From Kiritimatiellia bacterium (GTDB taxonomy: Bacteria; Verrucomicrobiota; Kiritimatiellia; RFP12; UBA1067), in contig JAFXEU010000052.1 of assembly GCA_017520845.1 (NCBI GenBank), forward strand, positions 23,621 to 87,620: a stretch of DNA of 64,000 nucleotides. The letters are read 5' to 3'. The position numbers were made by a program, and so were the translations under genes. The notes beneath the pieces are model-generated. The model was given only the letters and a program-made list of their open reading frames with translations. It was not told the origin of the DNA and did no database searches. Shown here piece after piece: positions 9,321 to 19,474 of the stretch (its first letter is position 1; each line of letters starts with the position of its first letter).

Positions 9321-12300
9321 TCATTCCGGTGCGCCGATGATCTTCATCTCCTTGTCTTCGGCACCGCTTTTGACGTCATCGAGCCACTTCTTCTCTTCTC
9401 TGATCGCGCTCGCCCTGTATCCGTCCCATGCGCGGCGGAGAGATCTCACCTCCGCCGCCGCCATGGGATCGCGCACACGCTTTTCGGCCGACGCGATGCA
9501 CTTCTCGAGTTCATCCGCCACGGAACCAGCGAAAAATCCATCCGCTTTCGTGCGCATGGCGTTTCGCAGGATTATGTCGCAATCCTCAAATTCCATGGGA
9601 GACGCGAACGTAAGATTCTCGATCGCGGCCGACATGACAAGCGAATAAAAGCGTCCGACATCTTCCGCCGCTTCGCGGAAGGTGCGCTTAAGATAGTACG
9701 CGCGAAGCTTCGGCACGTCTGCGCCCGACGCGCCCCAGAGAAGTCGCTCCATAACCCACTTTTCCATATTACTCAAAGCTTTCGACTCCGCCTCCGCGTG
9801 CCAGTCGAAAAACCCGAGCTCGACCTCGGCCTTGTAATCCCACGCGGCGACGTCGGCCCACGGACGCGCCCCGACGCAGAGGAAGTATTCGTAAAGAGAA
9901 AGCCTCACATCCTGCTGGCTCCACGCGACCATCGAACGGTAATGAAGATCGTTCATCGGCGCGAAGATCGGCACGAAATAATTCTTTCTGATATACGGGC
10001 AGAATCTGATGTCGTAATTGCGCGAGACCGTTATGAGCGGAATCGGCGACATCCAGAAATATCCGATCGACTCTATCCGCGCGTCGCGTTTCGCGAAAAC
10101 GTTGACCGCGTTTATCATCGCGGAACCGTTGGCGTAATACTGCGTCGAGCGGAACGCCGCGCTTTCGGGGCCTACCGTGGAACCGTCGGCGAGACGGATC
10201 GGGGTCAGACACTCCGAGCACTGGCACATCGAAATCGAATCTTCGACCCAGAGACCGTGAAGATCGTATGAGTTCCATGCGAACGCGCGCCCCTTCTCCT
10301 GCGTTTCCGCGAACGGTCCTCTCGTTATGCGGGCAAAAGCCGACGCTTCCAGATAGTTCTCGCGCGCCCTGTCGAGAACGCGTATGAGACACGGATGCCC
10401 CGTATAGCAGCCGGGCTTCATCAAAGTGCCGTCGGCGCGCCGCCCCCACGTATCGTTCGGCTCGCCTTTCTTCTCGTCACCCCTCGGCTCGGTGCCGTAG
10501 CCCCACCAGTGGTTTATGCAGCGCGTGCGCTGACGCGCGAAATGCCAGCTGCCCTCCCACTGGAAACCGGGCACGCGATTCGGCCCGTCAACGCCGAATA
10601 TGCTGTATTCGGGCATTTCCGGCGCGTGGACGAAGCCGTCGCCCCACCTGATTTCGAAGTCTCCGCCCGCATCCGGCTCGAAAATCCTCACGGGCCTTCC
10701 GTCCGCGCCCGAATGCGGATAAATGATGTCCGTGTTGTTTTCAAGAAGCTCGTAAAGCGCGAACGCGAGCCCTCTGACGTTTCCCGCGTAATTATACCGC
10801 GAAGCGTAGATATAAACGTTCGTTCCGTCCGAGCGTATTGCGCAGCCCGGCTTTCCCGCGAGCGCCTTCATGTCGGCGTCGTACTGCGCCTTATCGATTT
10901 TCGAATAGGCGTTGCCGCCGACGATGATCGAATTTTCGATCTTGGCGCCTTTCTTCGGCGGCAGACGCGTCTCGATCCTGATGTCTGCGGCCATCGAAAA
11001 CTTGCGCTGGAGAACGCCCGCGAATTCGTTGGCGGCAGCGAAAACGATTTTGGAATACACCGCGCGCTCCGCCGCCGTGGCACCCGGCGGAAAACTCGCC
11101 GGCAGAACGTAGATCTTTCCCTTGGGCCTGCGCTTTTCGATGAATTTTATCGGTGCGGCGAGCCTCCCTTCTTTCGGCGGATCGAACGCGCTTTTCATCG
11201 AATCGAAATCGATCACCCTTTTCGTGTCGCGCGATCCGAGGAATTCCCTGTATTTCGCGAGATCGCCGCCGGTATGCATAACGCCTCTGGTGAAACGCGG
11301 GTCGGCTATCGTCACGACGACTTTCTCATTGTTGTTTGTCGGTATCTTCTTGTTGTCATAATAAAAACACCAGTGGGTGAGCTTGGTGTAATAGGAGCTC
11401 TTGTTGTTCGATGGATCCGAGTTGGCGATATCGTAAGCGAAAACCCTCCAGCCGTCTCCGCCGCGCGAAAGCCCGCTCGACATGTCCTTGTTCTGACAAT
11501 AATCGGCCTGAGCCAGACCCCAGCGCGTCCAGTCGCAAAAATCGTGCGTCTTCGAGAAGAAGCTTATCTGAAACGTATCGAAAGGCTTGTTGAGTTCCTT
11601 CTGGTTGGTGCCGTAAAGCATCGGCTTCAAGTCGCCGAGAAGCGGCTTCGCCCCGTCGAACGTCTCGACCTTGGCGAAAAACGTGAACGTGTTATAGTCC
11701 AAGCCGTCGATCTCCACCGGAAAGCGCAGAAGACAGCGAGGACCTCTCTGCAAAGTTATCTTGACGGCCGGGGCGTCCTTGCCGAGAACTTTCACCGTCG
11801 TATATTCGACCGTGAAGCCGCCGTCTTTTTCTTTTTCGAGCTGCGGGCGAAGTTCATACCTGTCCGGAAGCGCGGGGATCGAATCGGCCGCGCCCTCGCC
11901 TCGGGCATACTTGAAAACATCGTCGATGCACTTCGATTTGACAAGCGGCTCGCCGGTGCCGAAAACATTCTCCTTTCTGGTCCAGCGTCTTTCAGGCAGC
12001 GCCGTAAAGCGGGCTTTCGGTTTCGGCCTCAAAAGCCTCAAGTCTATGATCTCAAACTCCTGCTCGAAGTCTTCGCCGTCAGCCGCGCCCGCGACAAACG
12101 AGAGCCTGTCTATCGTCGCGGCGTTTTTCGCCTTGAACGGAATCGTGAAATCTTCGAATTCGCCGCCGACATTTCCGGAAAGCCGCGCCGAAAAGTTTTT
12201 GCCCGAGAGCGCGACCAAGAGAGACGGAGAAGCGTTTTTGACCTTCGCTCTGACCCTGAACGCCAAACCCGTGAAATCGTCGGCGCGGAGATTGAGCCTA

Positions 12301-12689
12301 TCGATGACAATAGTCCTGACGTCGGGGTTTTTCTCCGCGGCAGACGAAAAGGAAAGCGCGGCCTTGTTCTTGCCGGTGTCGATAAGCCCGACGGCGATCT
12401 CCTTCTCGATCACCGTCCTGTCTATCGGGCGTATTCCGAGAGCGAGAGCGTACGCGCCTTCGTATTTAAGCCAACGGTACTCGTTGACGCGCGTATTGAG
12501 AGTATATCGCGCGACGGGGGTTTTCGGCACGGCGTCCACGGGAAGCGGATAGTATGCCGTGACGTATTCTTTCTCCGGCATCGTGCCGAGCTCTTCGCTC
12601 GGCTCCGCCGCCTTGATCTTGAGGGCGGGCGCGGCAAAAAGCGACGTCGACATCGCGATTGAAACTGCACATGCGAAATTTCTGATCAT
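9321..12689 (-). CDS. large secreted hypothetical protein (1122 aa), paralog of 13839-16184; possible glycoside-hydrolase-like (DUF4838-like)
   Basis: Signal peptide present. Shares a conserved Cys-containing C-terminal block with 13839-16184 (W-N-x-x-x-x-x-x-x-x-x-C-x-C-x-x-C ... RSTQY ... C-terminal RAYYLKRTFREA/FLRRVYREG). The DUF4838 label is from memory, not verified. Confidence 0.5.
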   Translation of the reverse strand: MIRNFACAVSIAMSTSLFAAPALKIKAAEPSEELGTMPEKEYVTAYYPLPVDAVPKTPVARYTLNTRVNEYRWLKYEGAYALALGIRPIDRTVIEKEIAVGLIDTGKNKAALSFSSAAEKNPDVRTIVIDRLNLRADDFTGLAFRVRAKVKNASPSLLVALSGKNFSARLSGNVGGEFEDFTIPFKAKNAATIDRLSFVAGAADGEDFEQEFEIIDLRLLRPKPKARFTALPERRWTRKENVFGTGEPLVKSKCIDDVFKYARGEGAADSIPALPDRYELRPQLEKEKDGGFTVEYTTVKVLGKDAPAVKITLQRGPRCLLRFPVEIDGLDYNTFTFFAKVETFDGAKPLLGDLKPMLYGTNQKELNKPFDTFQISFFSKTHDFCDWTRWGLAQADYCQNKDMSSGLSRGGDGWRVFAYDIANSDPSNNKSSYYTKLTHWCFYYDNKKIPTNNNEKVVVTIADPRFTRGVMHTGGDLAKYREFLGSRDTKRVIDFDSMKSAFDPPKEGRLAAPIKFIEKRRPKGKIYVLPASFPPGATAAERAVYSKIVFAAANEFAGVLQRKFSMAADIRIETRLPPKKGAKIENSIIVGGNAYSKIDKAQYDADMKALAGKPGCAIRSDGTNVYIYASRYNYAGNVRGLAFALYELLENNTDIIYPHSGADGRPVRIFEPDAGGDFEIRWGDGFVHAPEMPEYSIFGVDGPNRVPGFQWEGSWHFARQRTRCINHWWGYGTEPRGDEKKGEPNDTWGRRADGTLMKPGCYTGHPCLIRVLDRARENYLEASAFARITRGPFAETQEKGRAFAWNSYDLHGLWVEDSISMCQCSECLTPIRLADGSTVGPESAAFRSTQYYANGSAMINAVNVFAKRDARIESIGYFWMSPIPLITVSRNYDIRFCPYIRKNYFVPIFAPMNDLHYRSMVAWSQQDVRLSLYEYFLCVGARPWADVAAWDYKAEVELGFFDWHAEAESKALSNMEKWVMERLLWGASGADVPKLRAYYLKRTFREAAEDVGRFYSLVMSAAIENLTFASPMEFEDCDIILRNAMRTKADGFFAGSVADELEKCIASAEKRVRDPMAAAEVRSLRRAWDGYRASAIREEKKWLDDVKSGAEDKEMKIIGAPE

Positions 12690-12693
12690 CGCC

Positions 12694-13842
12694 TCATCTC
12701 CTCTTGTGTTTTTTCCTCTTGTCTTTACCGACGCCGAAAACCGCTTCTCCTATCCCCGGAAGGACCTCTTCCCACGGCTGACATCTCTTTTTATCGTCCT
12801 TCTCGAGACAAAACCACGTGCATTTCTCTCCGTAAATCCAGATATGTCCGCCGCTCGCCCGTCGTTTGGCCTCTTTGAAATTGTCCTTGAAAAAATGGAC
12901 CTTCGATTTCGCCGCGTTAATGGCCGGCGTGAGGCAGCCGCTTTTCTCGGGCCAAGCGTAGGCATCGAGATAGAACGCCGGGGCGAAACCGCCCTGCTTG
13001 CGGTGCTTCGAAGCCAGTCGTTTATCGAGCATTCCGCAGCCCGTCTCGTTTCTATTTTCCATACGCTTGTAGGCGGCTTCATTTTTCGCGCAGTAGCCGT
13101 TCCATTCGTCGCCATCGACAAGCCTCGCCTTGGGCGGCATCGTCTCAAGAAGTCCGTTGCAGAACTCGCCCATAAGGTCCGAACCGTTGAAGCTCCAGAG
13201 ATAAAATCCCCACAAGACGATTTCGGGAAACTCTTCAAACACGCGCTCACCCACTTCGCGCCCGCGCCTCCGAGCGACTTCGAGATATTCTTTTTGGGTG
13301 TGGCTTAAATCCGGCGGCTGAACGCCACCGCCCTTGATCTTCCCGCCGCCCTTCACCCACCACGCGCTCTTCCAATAGCTGTTGACCGGATACACGCCAT
13401 AGCCTTCCGGGTCGAAACATATACCCGCCATCCCCAGCCTTTTCGCAAGCGCGGCGGCTTTGCCCCAGTTGTACGCGACCGCCTTCCAATAATCATCGCT
13501 GAACCAGTCGGGTTTATGCTGATCGATGAGAACCCCGAGAAAATTATACTTCCATTTCTTGAATTTAATCCCCTTATACAACTTGGCCGCGTCATCGGCC
13601 CTTTCGAGATCGCGCTTCGAAAATTTTGTTTTTCTGAAAACGTCGCTCAGGGCTACATGAATCATGATTCCGTCGAACGGCGCGACCTCTTCGTAAAGGG
13701 CGATGTTTTTTCTGATTTCCGCCAGCGTGGGCAGTCGCGAGCCTACCGAAACGATTTTTACGGGTTCTTTCGCGGAGGCGAAGCCTTGACAGAAGAGAAG
13801 CGCCGCCGTTGCGAAAAAAAGCGATTTCCTTGAGCCGCTCAT
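12694..13842 (-). CDS. secreted hypothetical protein (382 aa)
   Basis: Signal peptide MSGSRKSLFFATAALLFCQGFASA. Shows codon-usage continuity with neighbours. No family recognised. Confidence 0.45.
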   Translation of the reverse strand: MSGSRKSLFFATAALLFCQGFASAKEPVKIVSVGSRLPTLAEIRKNIALYEEVAPFDGIMIHVALSDVFRKTKFSKRDLERADDAAKLYKGIKFKKWKYNFLGVLIDQHKPDWFSDDYWKAVAYNWGKAAALAKRLGMAGICFDPEGYGVYPVNSYWKSAWWVKGGGKIKGGGVQPPDLSHTQKEYLEVARRRGREVGERVFEEFPEIVLWGFYLWSFNGSDLMGEFCNGLLETMPPKARLVDGDEWNGYCAKNEAAYKRMENRNETGCGMLDKRLASKHRKQGGFAPAFYLDAYAWPEKSGCLTPAINAAKSKVHFFKDNFKEAKRRASGGHIWIYGEKCTWFCLEKDDKKRCQPWEEVLPGIGEAVFGVGKDKRKKHKRR

Positions 13843-16184
13843 TTATCCGTCCCCTTTCCCACGGCCTGATTCATCAGAAGCACGTAATGCTTTCTGGCGA
13901 TCGGGTTTCCGATCTTGTCGAGATACCTGCCGAAGACTTCGCGAGCCTCTTCGCCCGTAAGCATCTTGTACGAGCGCGGCGCGCCGCGAAACGCCCTGCG
14001 GCGATAGCGCGCGTAATACTCTTCGGCGGCAGGCGCCCCCTCGCGGTAGACGCGACGGAGAAACCACTTGCGGATTCTTTCCACCTCGTTGATGTCGGCC
14101 GTCCAGCCGATGCGCCCGAAGAGCCACCCGTTCATCATCGCCGTGGGCTTTTTATAGTCGTTCACCCACGCGAGCTCGGAGCCTATTGACGTTGCGCCAA
14201 GCGAAGTGTACCACTTATAGTCTTCCGCGGCGGCCTCGATAGCCGTCGTGTCGGCCCGCAGGAGCGGTCCGAAGGCAAGATAATCGTAAACGCGCATCTC
14301 TCCGCCGAGAGACTTCATCTTCAGCGTATTTTCGTAATATCCCCTGTTGAGAGGATGATAGACAGGCACATTCCCCGACGCCCTCTTGTGCCAGGGACAG
14401 GTAATCCAGACCACATTGTCGGAGATTTTGCATTTGGGGGCAGGGTACTGGAAGAGATATGCGAGAATCTCAGTCTTCACGCCGGGACACTCTTTCGCTA
14501 TCCCGTCCGCCATCGCATTGACGAACTGCATGTACTGGGTCGAGCGATAAAGCATCTCCTCGGCCGTCATGCCGCCTTTGCTCGTCTTGCCGTTCGACTT
14601 GAGAATCGTGCCGTCATCGCACTTGATGGGTTTCGTGCAGCCTTCGCAAACGCATACGCGCCAATTGTCCTCATTCCAGAAGCCAAGAGAGACGATCGGG
14701 TACGGGACCTTCTCCGCCAACGACTTCTTGACCTTCTTCACCCCGTTGGAAATCGCGATCTGGACCGCATCGGGCCCGCTCAGGCAGACCTGTCCGTTGT
14801 AGTAGCTGTGGGGAATGCGTTTCTCGCCGTCGAACGTCATGTACGGTTCCGTCTTGGGGAAGAACTCGATCATCTCTCCGGAACGCGCCGCGTGACCGGA
14901 AAGCCTGTGCACCATGCGCACCGTCGAAAAGTTGCGCGCCCTCCACATGTCCGCATGAAGGACGGGAATCTTGCGCACATTGCGGTAGTCGTTGCCCGAA
15001 AGCCAGCCGCGCGCGCCTGTGGCGGGCTTGTCGCGGCCATTGCCCCAGCGGACCGTGAAATCGGGAGATTCGTCATAGACGGTACCGAACTTTGGATCTG
15101 CCGCCGCAAACACGATCGTCGAATTGTTTTCGAGAAATGCAACCGCACCGCGAAACACCCCGACGGCGCAGGCGTCTCGCGGCAGACCGCAAGATGCGGC
15201 ATTTTCGCTTGTCGTGCCGTTCGGGACGGCGCATCCGATATGGATGTCACGCCCCTTTGTGCGAACGAACCACCCGTCTATGCCTTTCGCATCCTTCAGC
15301 CATTCGACATCCTCCCTCCAGAGTTTGTGCGCTTCGTCCGAATTGAGGAAGATTCTGTATTTGACAGTTCCGGTAGGCGCCTCTACAATCGCAATCTTCG
15401 CGCCCGTCATCTTGCCTATCCAATACTGAAGTTCTCGCGCGGCAAGCTCGACAGAGCCGTAGACGTCTTTAGGAGCGACAATCTCCACATGGGCGACACC
15501 ATTCTCGACGATCTTGAGCGGCTTTTCAAGCCGACCTTCTGCAGGCGGCTCTAGCGCCCATGAAGAATCGGACATATCAGGTTCGTACTTGTCGCACCAG
15601 GCAAGCCACTTCCTGAAAAGCATGTCGCGCGGAGTACCCTTCCACGAATCTTCGCGGAAAAGACGGATATCCGAAATCCATATCTTCCTGGTCGCGCTTT
15701 CGTCTTCACCACCCTCGGGAAGAACGGTCATGCGGATGCGCGTCATGCGCCTGCAATCTATCCAGCTCGCCCAGTACGGCTCGTGCACGAGTTCGCGCCT
15801 AACGCGCGTCAGCAGCGTCTCCGTCTTCACCGCCTTCTCGTTCATGGTCCCGTGGACATTGTACCCGCCGCGGTACTCGACTATCGTCCGCACCGGGAAG
15901 GTGCGCTCGATGCAATAGTCGATCACCTGGTAGTCGTTCATCATATCGACACCACCCAGAGGTATCTCGATGAACAGGGTAAACCCCTTTCTGCACGGAA
16001 ATTCTACACAGTAGGCAGGCCTCGTCTCTCCGCCGAAATCGTGCGGAGCGCATGTAACGCGACACTCCTTGGCTCGGTTTGTCGGGATGTCCAGTTTGAA
16101 CTTTTCTGGCCTGATGATATGAGACAGCGCCTCAGCACCCGCTAAAAACGGCAGAAGAAGAAATATTAAGACTATTTTTTTCAT
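13839..16184 (-). CDS. large secreted hypothetical protein (781 aa), paralog of 9321-12689
   Basis: Signal peptide MKKIVLIFLLLPFLAGA. Alignable to 9321-12689 over the C-terminal ~450 aa (CVCEGCTKPIKCDDG...LYRSTQY vs CQCSECLTPIRLADG...AFRSTQY). Confidence 0.5.
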   Translation of the reverse strand: MKKIVLIFLLLPFLAGAEALSHIIRPEKFKLDIPTNRAKECRVTCAPHDFGGETRPAYCVEFPCRKGFTLFIEIPLGGVDMMNDYQVIDYCIERTFPVRTIVEYRGGYNVHGTMNEKAVKTETLLTRVRRELVHEPYWASWIDCRRMTRIRMTVLPEGGEDESATRKIWISDIRLFREDSWKGTPRDMLFRKWLAWCDKYEPDMSDSSWALEPPAEGRLEKPLKIVENGVAHVEIVAPKDVYGSVELAARELQYWIGKMTGAKIAIVEAPTGTVKYRIFLNSDEAHKLWREDVEWLKDAKGIDGWFVRTKGRDIHIGCAVPNGTTSENAASCGLPRDACAVGVFRGAVAFLENNSTIVFAAADPKFGTVYDESPDFTVRWGNGRDKPATGARGWLSGNDYRNVRKIPVLHADMWRARNFSTVRMVHRLSGHAARSGEMIEFFPKTEPYMTFDGEKRIPHSYYNGQVCLSGPDAVQIAISNGVKKVKKSLAEKVPYPIVSLGFWNEDNWRVCVCEGCTKPIKCDDGTILKSNGKTSKGGMTAEEMLYRSTQYMQFVNAMADGIAKECPGVKTEILAYLFQYPAPKCKISDNVVWITCPWHKRASGNVPVYHPLNRGYYENTLKMKSLGGEMRVYDYLAFGPLLRADTTAIEAAAEDYKWYTSLGATSIGSELAWVNDYKKPTAMMNGWLFGRIGWTADINEVERIRKWFLRRVYREGAPAAEEYYARYRRRAFRGAPRSYKMLTGEEAREVFGRYLDKIGNPIARKHYVLLMNQAVGKGTDK

Positions 16185-16225
16185 ATGTCGTACTGATTGC
16201 CCACCTGCTTTTCAGCAAGCTCCGT

Positions 16226-19200
16226 TTATCTGACTATGACCCTAAAGCCCTGCATTATCTCCAATTCAAAGCAACCTAAATCTACCCGGTCTCCGTAAAC
16301 CCTCGCCTTGCCCGAAAGATCAAGCGCGCCTTTCATCCACTCTTGCCTTATGCCGGCATTTAACGCCGGGGACCTGCGGCCAAAGGTATAGTCGTCGTTC
16401 AAAAGAGGATCTGCGGCGAGATTGCCTTCTCCCGCGACCTCCCCCTTCGTGAGCGTATATGTAGCCGCAGCGCCGCCGGAAAGCACCAGGTTTCCATCAA
16501 TCCAAGACTGATTTTTTCGTTGACCGCCGTTATCGAAGCAAATTGAGTTTATTATGGAGCCGGCGAGCAAATATACACCGCCCGCAGCCTGATGGACGCA
16601 AGACCTGTTGCCTACGATTGTACAGTTCTCGACAGCCGCGCCGGCGGAATAGCTCGCGCTTTCGGTCGTTCTAACAGCGCCTGCAACTGGATAATCATAA
16701 ACTGTGTTATTCATCTGAGATATCGAATTGTTCACGATAAGACAGTTACGCACGGTCGTTTTATATCCGAGCAGCACACCGCAAGACGCCGCTTTGATAC
16801 TAGAATTGACAATATCGCCGACGGATGTCGTATTGTTGGAAATAACGCAGCTGTCGATAAGAACATTGCCGTAATCGGCGCTCCACTTCGTATCGGTATA
16901 ATATGACGCCGCATTTACTCCGATTCCGAGATAATATGCATTTCGGTTAAAATAGTTCTCATTGTTGAAAATCCTGCATTTCAATATCTTAGCGCCGCTA
17001 CCGGCGGCAACAGTTCCGCAGCGATAACCGAATTCGCGCATTTGATCGCTATTATTGTAAATATCGCAATCGACCAGAGACGACGCGCCGCCGTCAACGG
17101 TTATGACTCCGGCATATTTGTGACGGCTGATACAGCCAAAAACCTTAGACGACCCGATCGAGCCCTTCACGACCCATACGCACTTGCCCGCGGTGCCGGC
17201 GTTTCCATCACGGATAACGCTGTTGGTGATGACGCCGCCGTTAAGATAAACCCAATGTTCGACACAACCTTCAGATGCGCCCGTTGTAACGGCATTGCTT
17301 ATGACGCAATTGTCGACCGTGCCGGCGTTCACCATATTGAGCGCATAGCCGACATTGGTCCCCGTCGCAGACGTAGACGAAGTCCTCGCCCTTTGTATCG
17401 TGAGATTTTCAGCTCCCGCGCCGCCGCCTGCAAGCGAAAGGACGCGACGGGTGCCTTCACCGTCGAGAACCGTTTCCTCCGCAGTGGCGCCCGTTCCGAC
17501 GATACGGACCGGTCTGGAGATTGAGACCAGATACGATCCGTCGGCGCTGCAGCCCGAAGAAGCCGTATAAACACCGGGAGCGAGGTACACGACGCCCGGG
17601 GCATCCGCCTCCTCGCCGTAAACGGCTGCAACGGCATCGGCGATATTATGCGCCGCCTTTTCCCATGTATCGTACGGAGCGGTATTGCTCCCCGATGAAG
17701 AAACATAAGTCGCCGTCAACGCGCCATGAATGGTTGAAGTGCACTGAGATGATTTTCCGCCGAGCCATTCGGTTGTAAGCGTTACGGTAAAATCCGTAAA
17801 CTTGTGAGCGAACTTGTAGCGCCACTCGTTCGAGCCGGAAACCGTTTCTTCGACAACGGTGTTGCCGTCGCCGTCAACGATCTTCCACGTGTGGGAAACG
17901 ACTTCGTCAATATGATTCGGAAATGCCTCAAAAGCGATTTCCGCCCCCTTTGGACCGACAAAATCGGACGTCTGCGTAAACTCAACCAATCTTTCATCGG
18001 TATACACAAACTCATAGCAGCCCATATCATGCGCAGCATCTTGAGGGCGAAGCGTGCCTAAAATATCATCGGTCGGCGCTTCGGTTGCGGTTCCCGTATT
18101 ACGGCAAGGCGATTTTTCATTAAGCTCATAATTGCCGTTCTCGGGATTGGCGAAAAGCGGGTCCGAATTTATGCAACCCGTACCGGACATCGCCGTTGAC
18201 GAGCAGCAATATGCGGCATCAACCTTCGTTCCGTTGGATTCTACTTTAAAATTGACAGCCCCTTCAGGTCCATTCCCGTAGAAAATCGAATTACGAACAT
18301 ATGCCGCCACATTCTTGAGGTATATGCCGTGCGACCGGAAACGGCTGACTTCCGTATCGATAGAGTTGTTCACGACCGTGCAATTGAAAACCTTTGTTCC
18401 GGCCGTGTCTACACGAAGCCCCCCTGCATAAAACCAGGTGGTTGTCGTGCCTGAACGCGGATTAGTTATACGGTTACCGTATATCAGCAGATTCTCAAGT
18501 TTCGACGCGCCGTTCGCGACCCACACGCCTCCTACGCAAGCGGAATACGCCATGTTGTTTCTGACGACAGTTCGGCGAACCGTTGCCGCGCCGTTAAGAT
18601 AAATCGGAGCGCTATCGAAGAGGGGACTGGCGGCCGTATCATTTTCGGTATAATTATTCTCAACGACACAATCTTCTATAAGCGCTCCGGTCGAATGAAC
18701 TCTGATGCCGGGAGTCGCTCCGGTGAATTTTTCATGTGCAAGCAATCTATTATTCGCGACGACGGTTTTTGAAAGCGAGGAATTGCCGCTCATGTAAACC
18801 ATCCCGATTCCGATTGAGCGGATTACATTGTTGGTCACATGACATTGCGTCATTTCGGAATTCGACAACACGACCCCGGCTCCGCCCAACGAATAATTCT
18901 TTCCGTTTTTATATGTGGCATTCCTGATGACGGACTTTTCGATTTTGCTTTGCAGACTCAACGAAACCAACCGCCCTTGATAGCTCCACGTACCGTCAGG
19001 CGCCTTAGCGGTCCCGGGATCAACCGCCGCATCCGTAAAAATGCAGTTTGAAACCAAAGCCCCGTCCTGCGCGGTCAAAACCCTGTATTTCAAGGTGTCG
19101 TCCTTCGTGCACCTCGCCCCCTTGAAAGTGAGATTCTTTACAACGCCGTTGGTAACGTAAAGAAGCGAAGCCGATGTCGTATCGGAAGCGGTGGCGCTAT

Positions 19201-19474
19201 ATGCCTTGAAGACGGTATCTTCCGGCGAATTGCCCGTACCCTCGAGCGTGACCCCGCTCGGCACCGTAATGCCGGCATAGTCCGCGAGCATATATTCGCC
19301 AGGGGCAACTCTCACCGTATCGCCACTCACAGCTACGGCGAGCGCCGCTTCGACGGTCGCATAGATGTCAGGCACATTAAGCTCTGCCGCGCTGGCAACC
19401 AACGGCGCCATCGCCATGACGGCGAGGGACGCGACGCAATACACTGTTCTTTCAATTTTCGACTGCCTTTTCAT
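16226..19474 (-). CDS. secreted parallel beta-helix repeat protein (1082 aa)
   Basis: Signal peptide present. Has dozens of short N/T/V-rich repeats (VxNN, TVxNN, NNxI) typical of right-handed beta-helix (pectate-lyase fold) proteins. Its start overlaps the GH20 stop (19471-19474). Confidence 0.55.
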   Translation of the reverse strand: MKRQSKIERTVYCVASLAVMAMAPLVASAAELNVPDIYATVEAALAVAVSGDTVRVAPGEYMLADYAGITVPSGVTLEGTGNSPEDTVFKAYSATASDTTSASLLYVTNGVVKNLTFKGARCTKDDTLKYRVLTAQDGALVSNCIFTDAAVDPGTAKAPDGTWSYQGRLVSLSLQSKIEKSVIRNATYKNGKNYSLGGAGVVLSNSEMTQCHVTNNVIRSIGIGMVYMSGNSSLSKTVVANNRLLAHEKFTGATPGIRVHSTGALIEDCVVENNYTENDTAASPLFDSAPIYLNGAATVRRTVVRNNMAYSACVGGVWVANGASKLENLLIYGNRITNPRSGTTTTWFYAGGLRVDTAGTKVFNCTVVNNSIDTEVSRFRSHGIYLKNVAAYVRNSIFYGNGPEGAVNFKVESNGTKVDAAYCCSSTAMSGTGCINSDPLFANPENGNYELNEKSPCRNTGTATEAPTDDILGTLRPQDAAHDMGCYEFVYTDERLVEFTQTSDFVGPKGAEIAFEAFPNHIDEVVSHTWKIVDGDGNTVVEETVSGSNEWRYKFAHKFTDFTVTLTTEWLGGKSSQCTSTIHGALTATYVSSSGSNTAPYDTWEKAAHNIADAVAAVYGEEADAPGVVYLAPGVYTASSGCSADGSYLVSISRPVRIVGTGATAEETVLDGEGTRRVLSLAGGGAGAENLTIQRARTSSTSATGTNVGYALNMVNAGTVDNCVISNAVTTGASEGCVEHWVYLNGGVITNSVIRDGNAGTAGKCVWVVKGSIGSSKVFGCISRHKYAGVITVDGGASSLVDCDIYNNSDQMREFGYRCGTVAAGSGAKILKCRIFNNENYFNRNAYYLGIGVNAASYYTDTKWSADYGNVLIDSCVISNNTTSVGDIVNSSIKAASCGVLLGYKTTVRNCLIVNNSISQMNNTVYDYPVAGAVRTTESASYSAGAAVENCTIVGNRSCVHQAAGGVYLLAGSIINSICFDNGGQRKNQSWIDGNLVLSGGAAATYTLTKGEVAGEGNLAADPLLNDDYTFGRRSPALNAGIRQEWMKGALDLSGKARVYGDRVDLGCFELEIMQGFRVIVR

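Noticed and set aside
7419-10271. 950-aa plus-strand ORF spanning two minus-strand genes
   Set aside because: It is antisense to well-supported GH2 and secreted-protein genes. It is Arg/Ala-rich with no motifs, the typical stop-codon-poor shadow frame of a high-GC genome.
10395-12662. 755-aa plus-strand ORF
   Set aside because: Antisense shadow of the 9321-12689 gene. It has the same RNY-complement composition and no recognisable domains.
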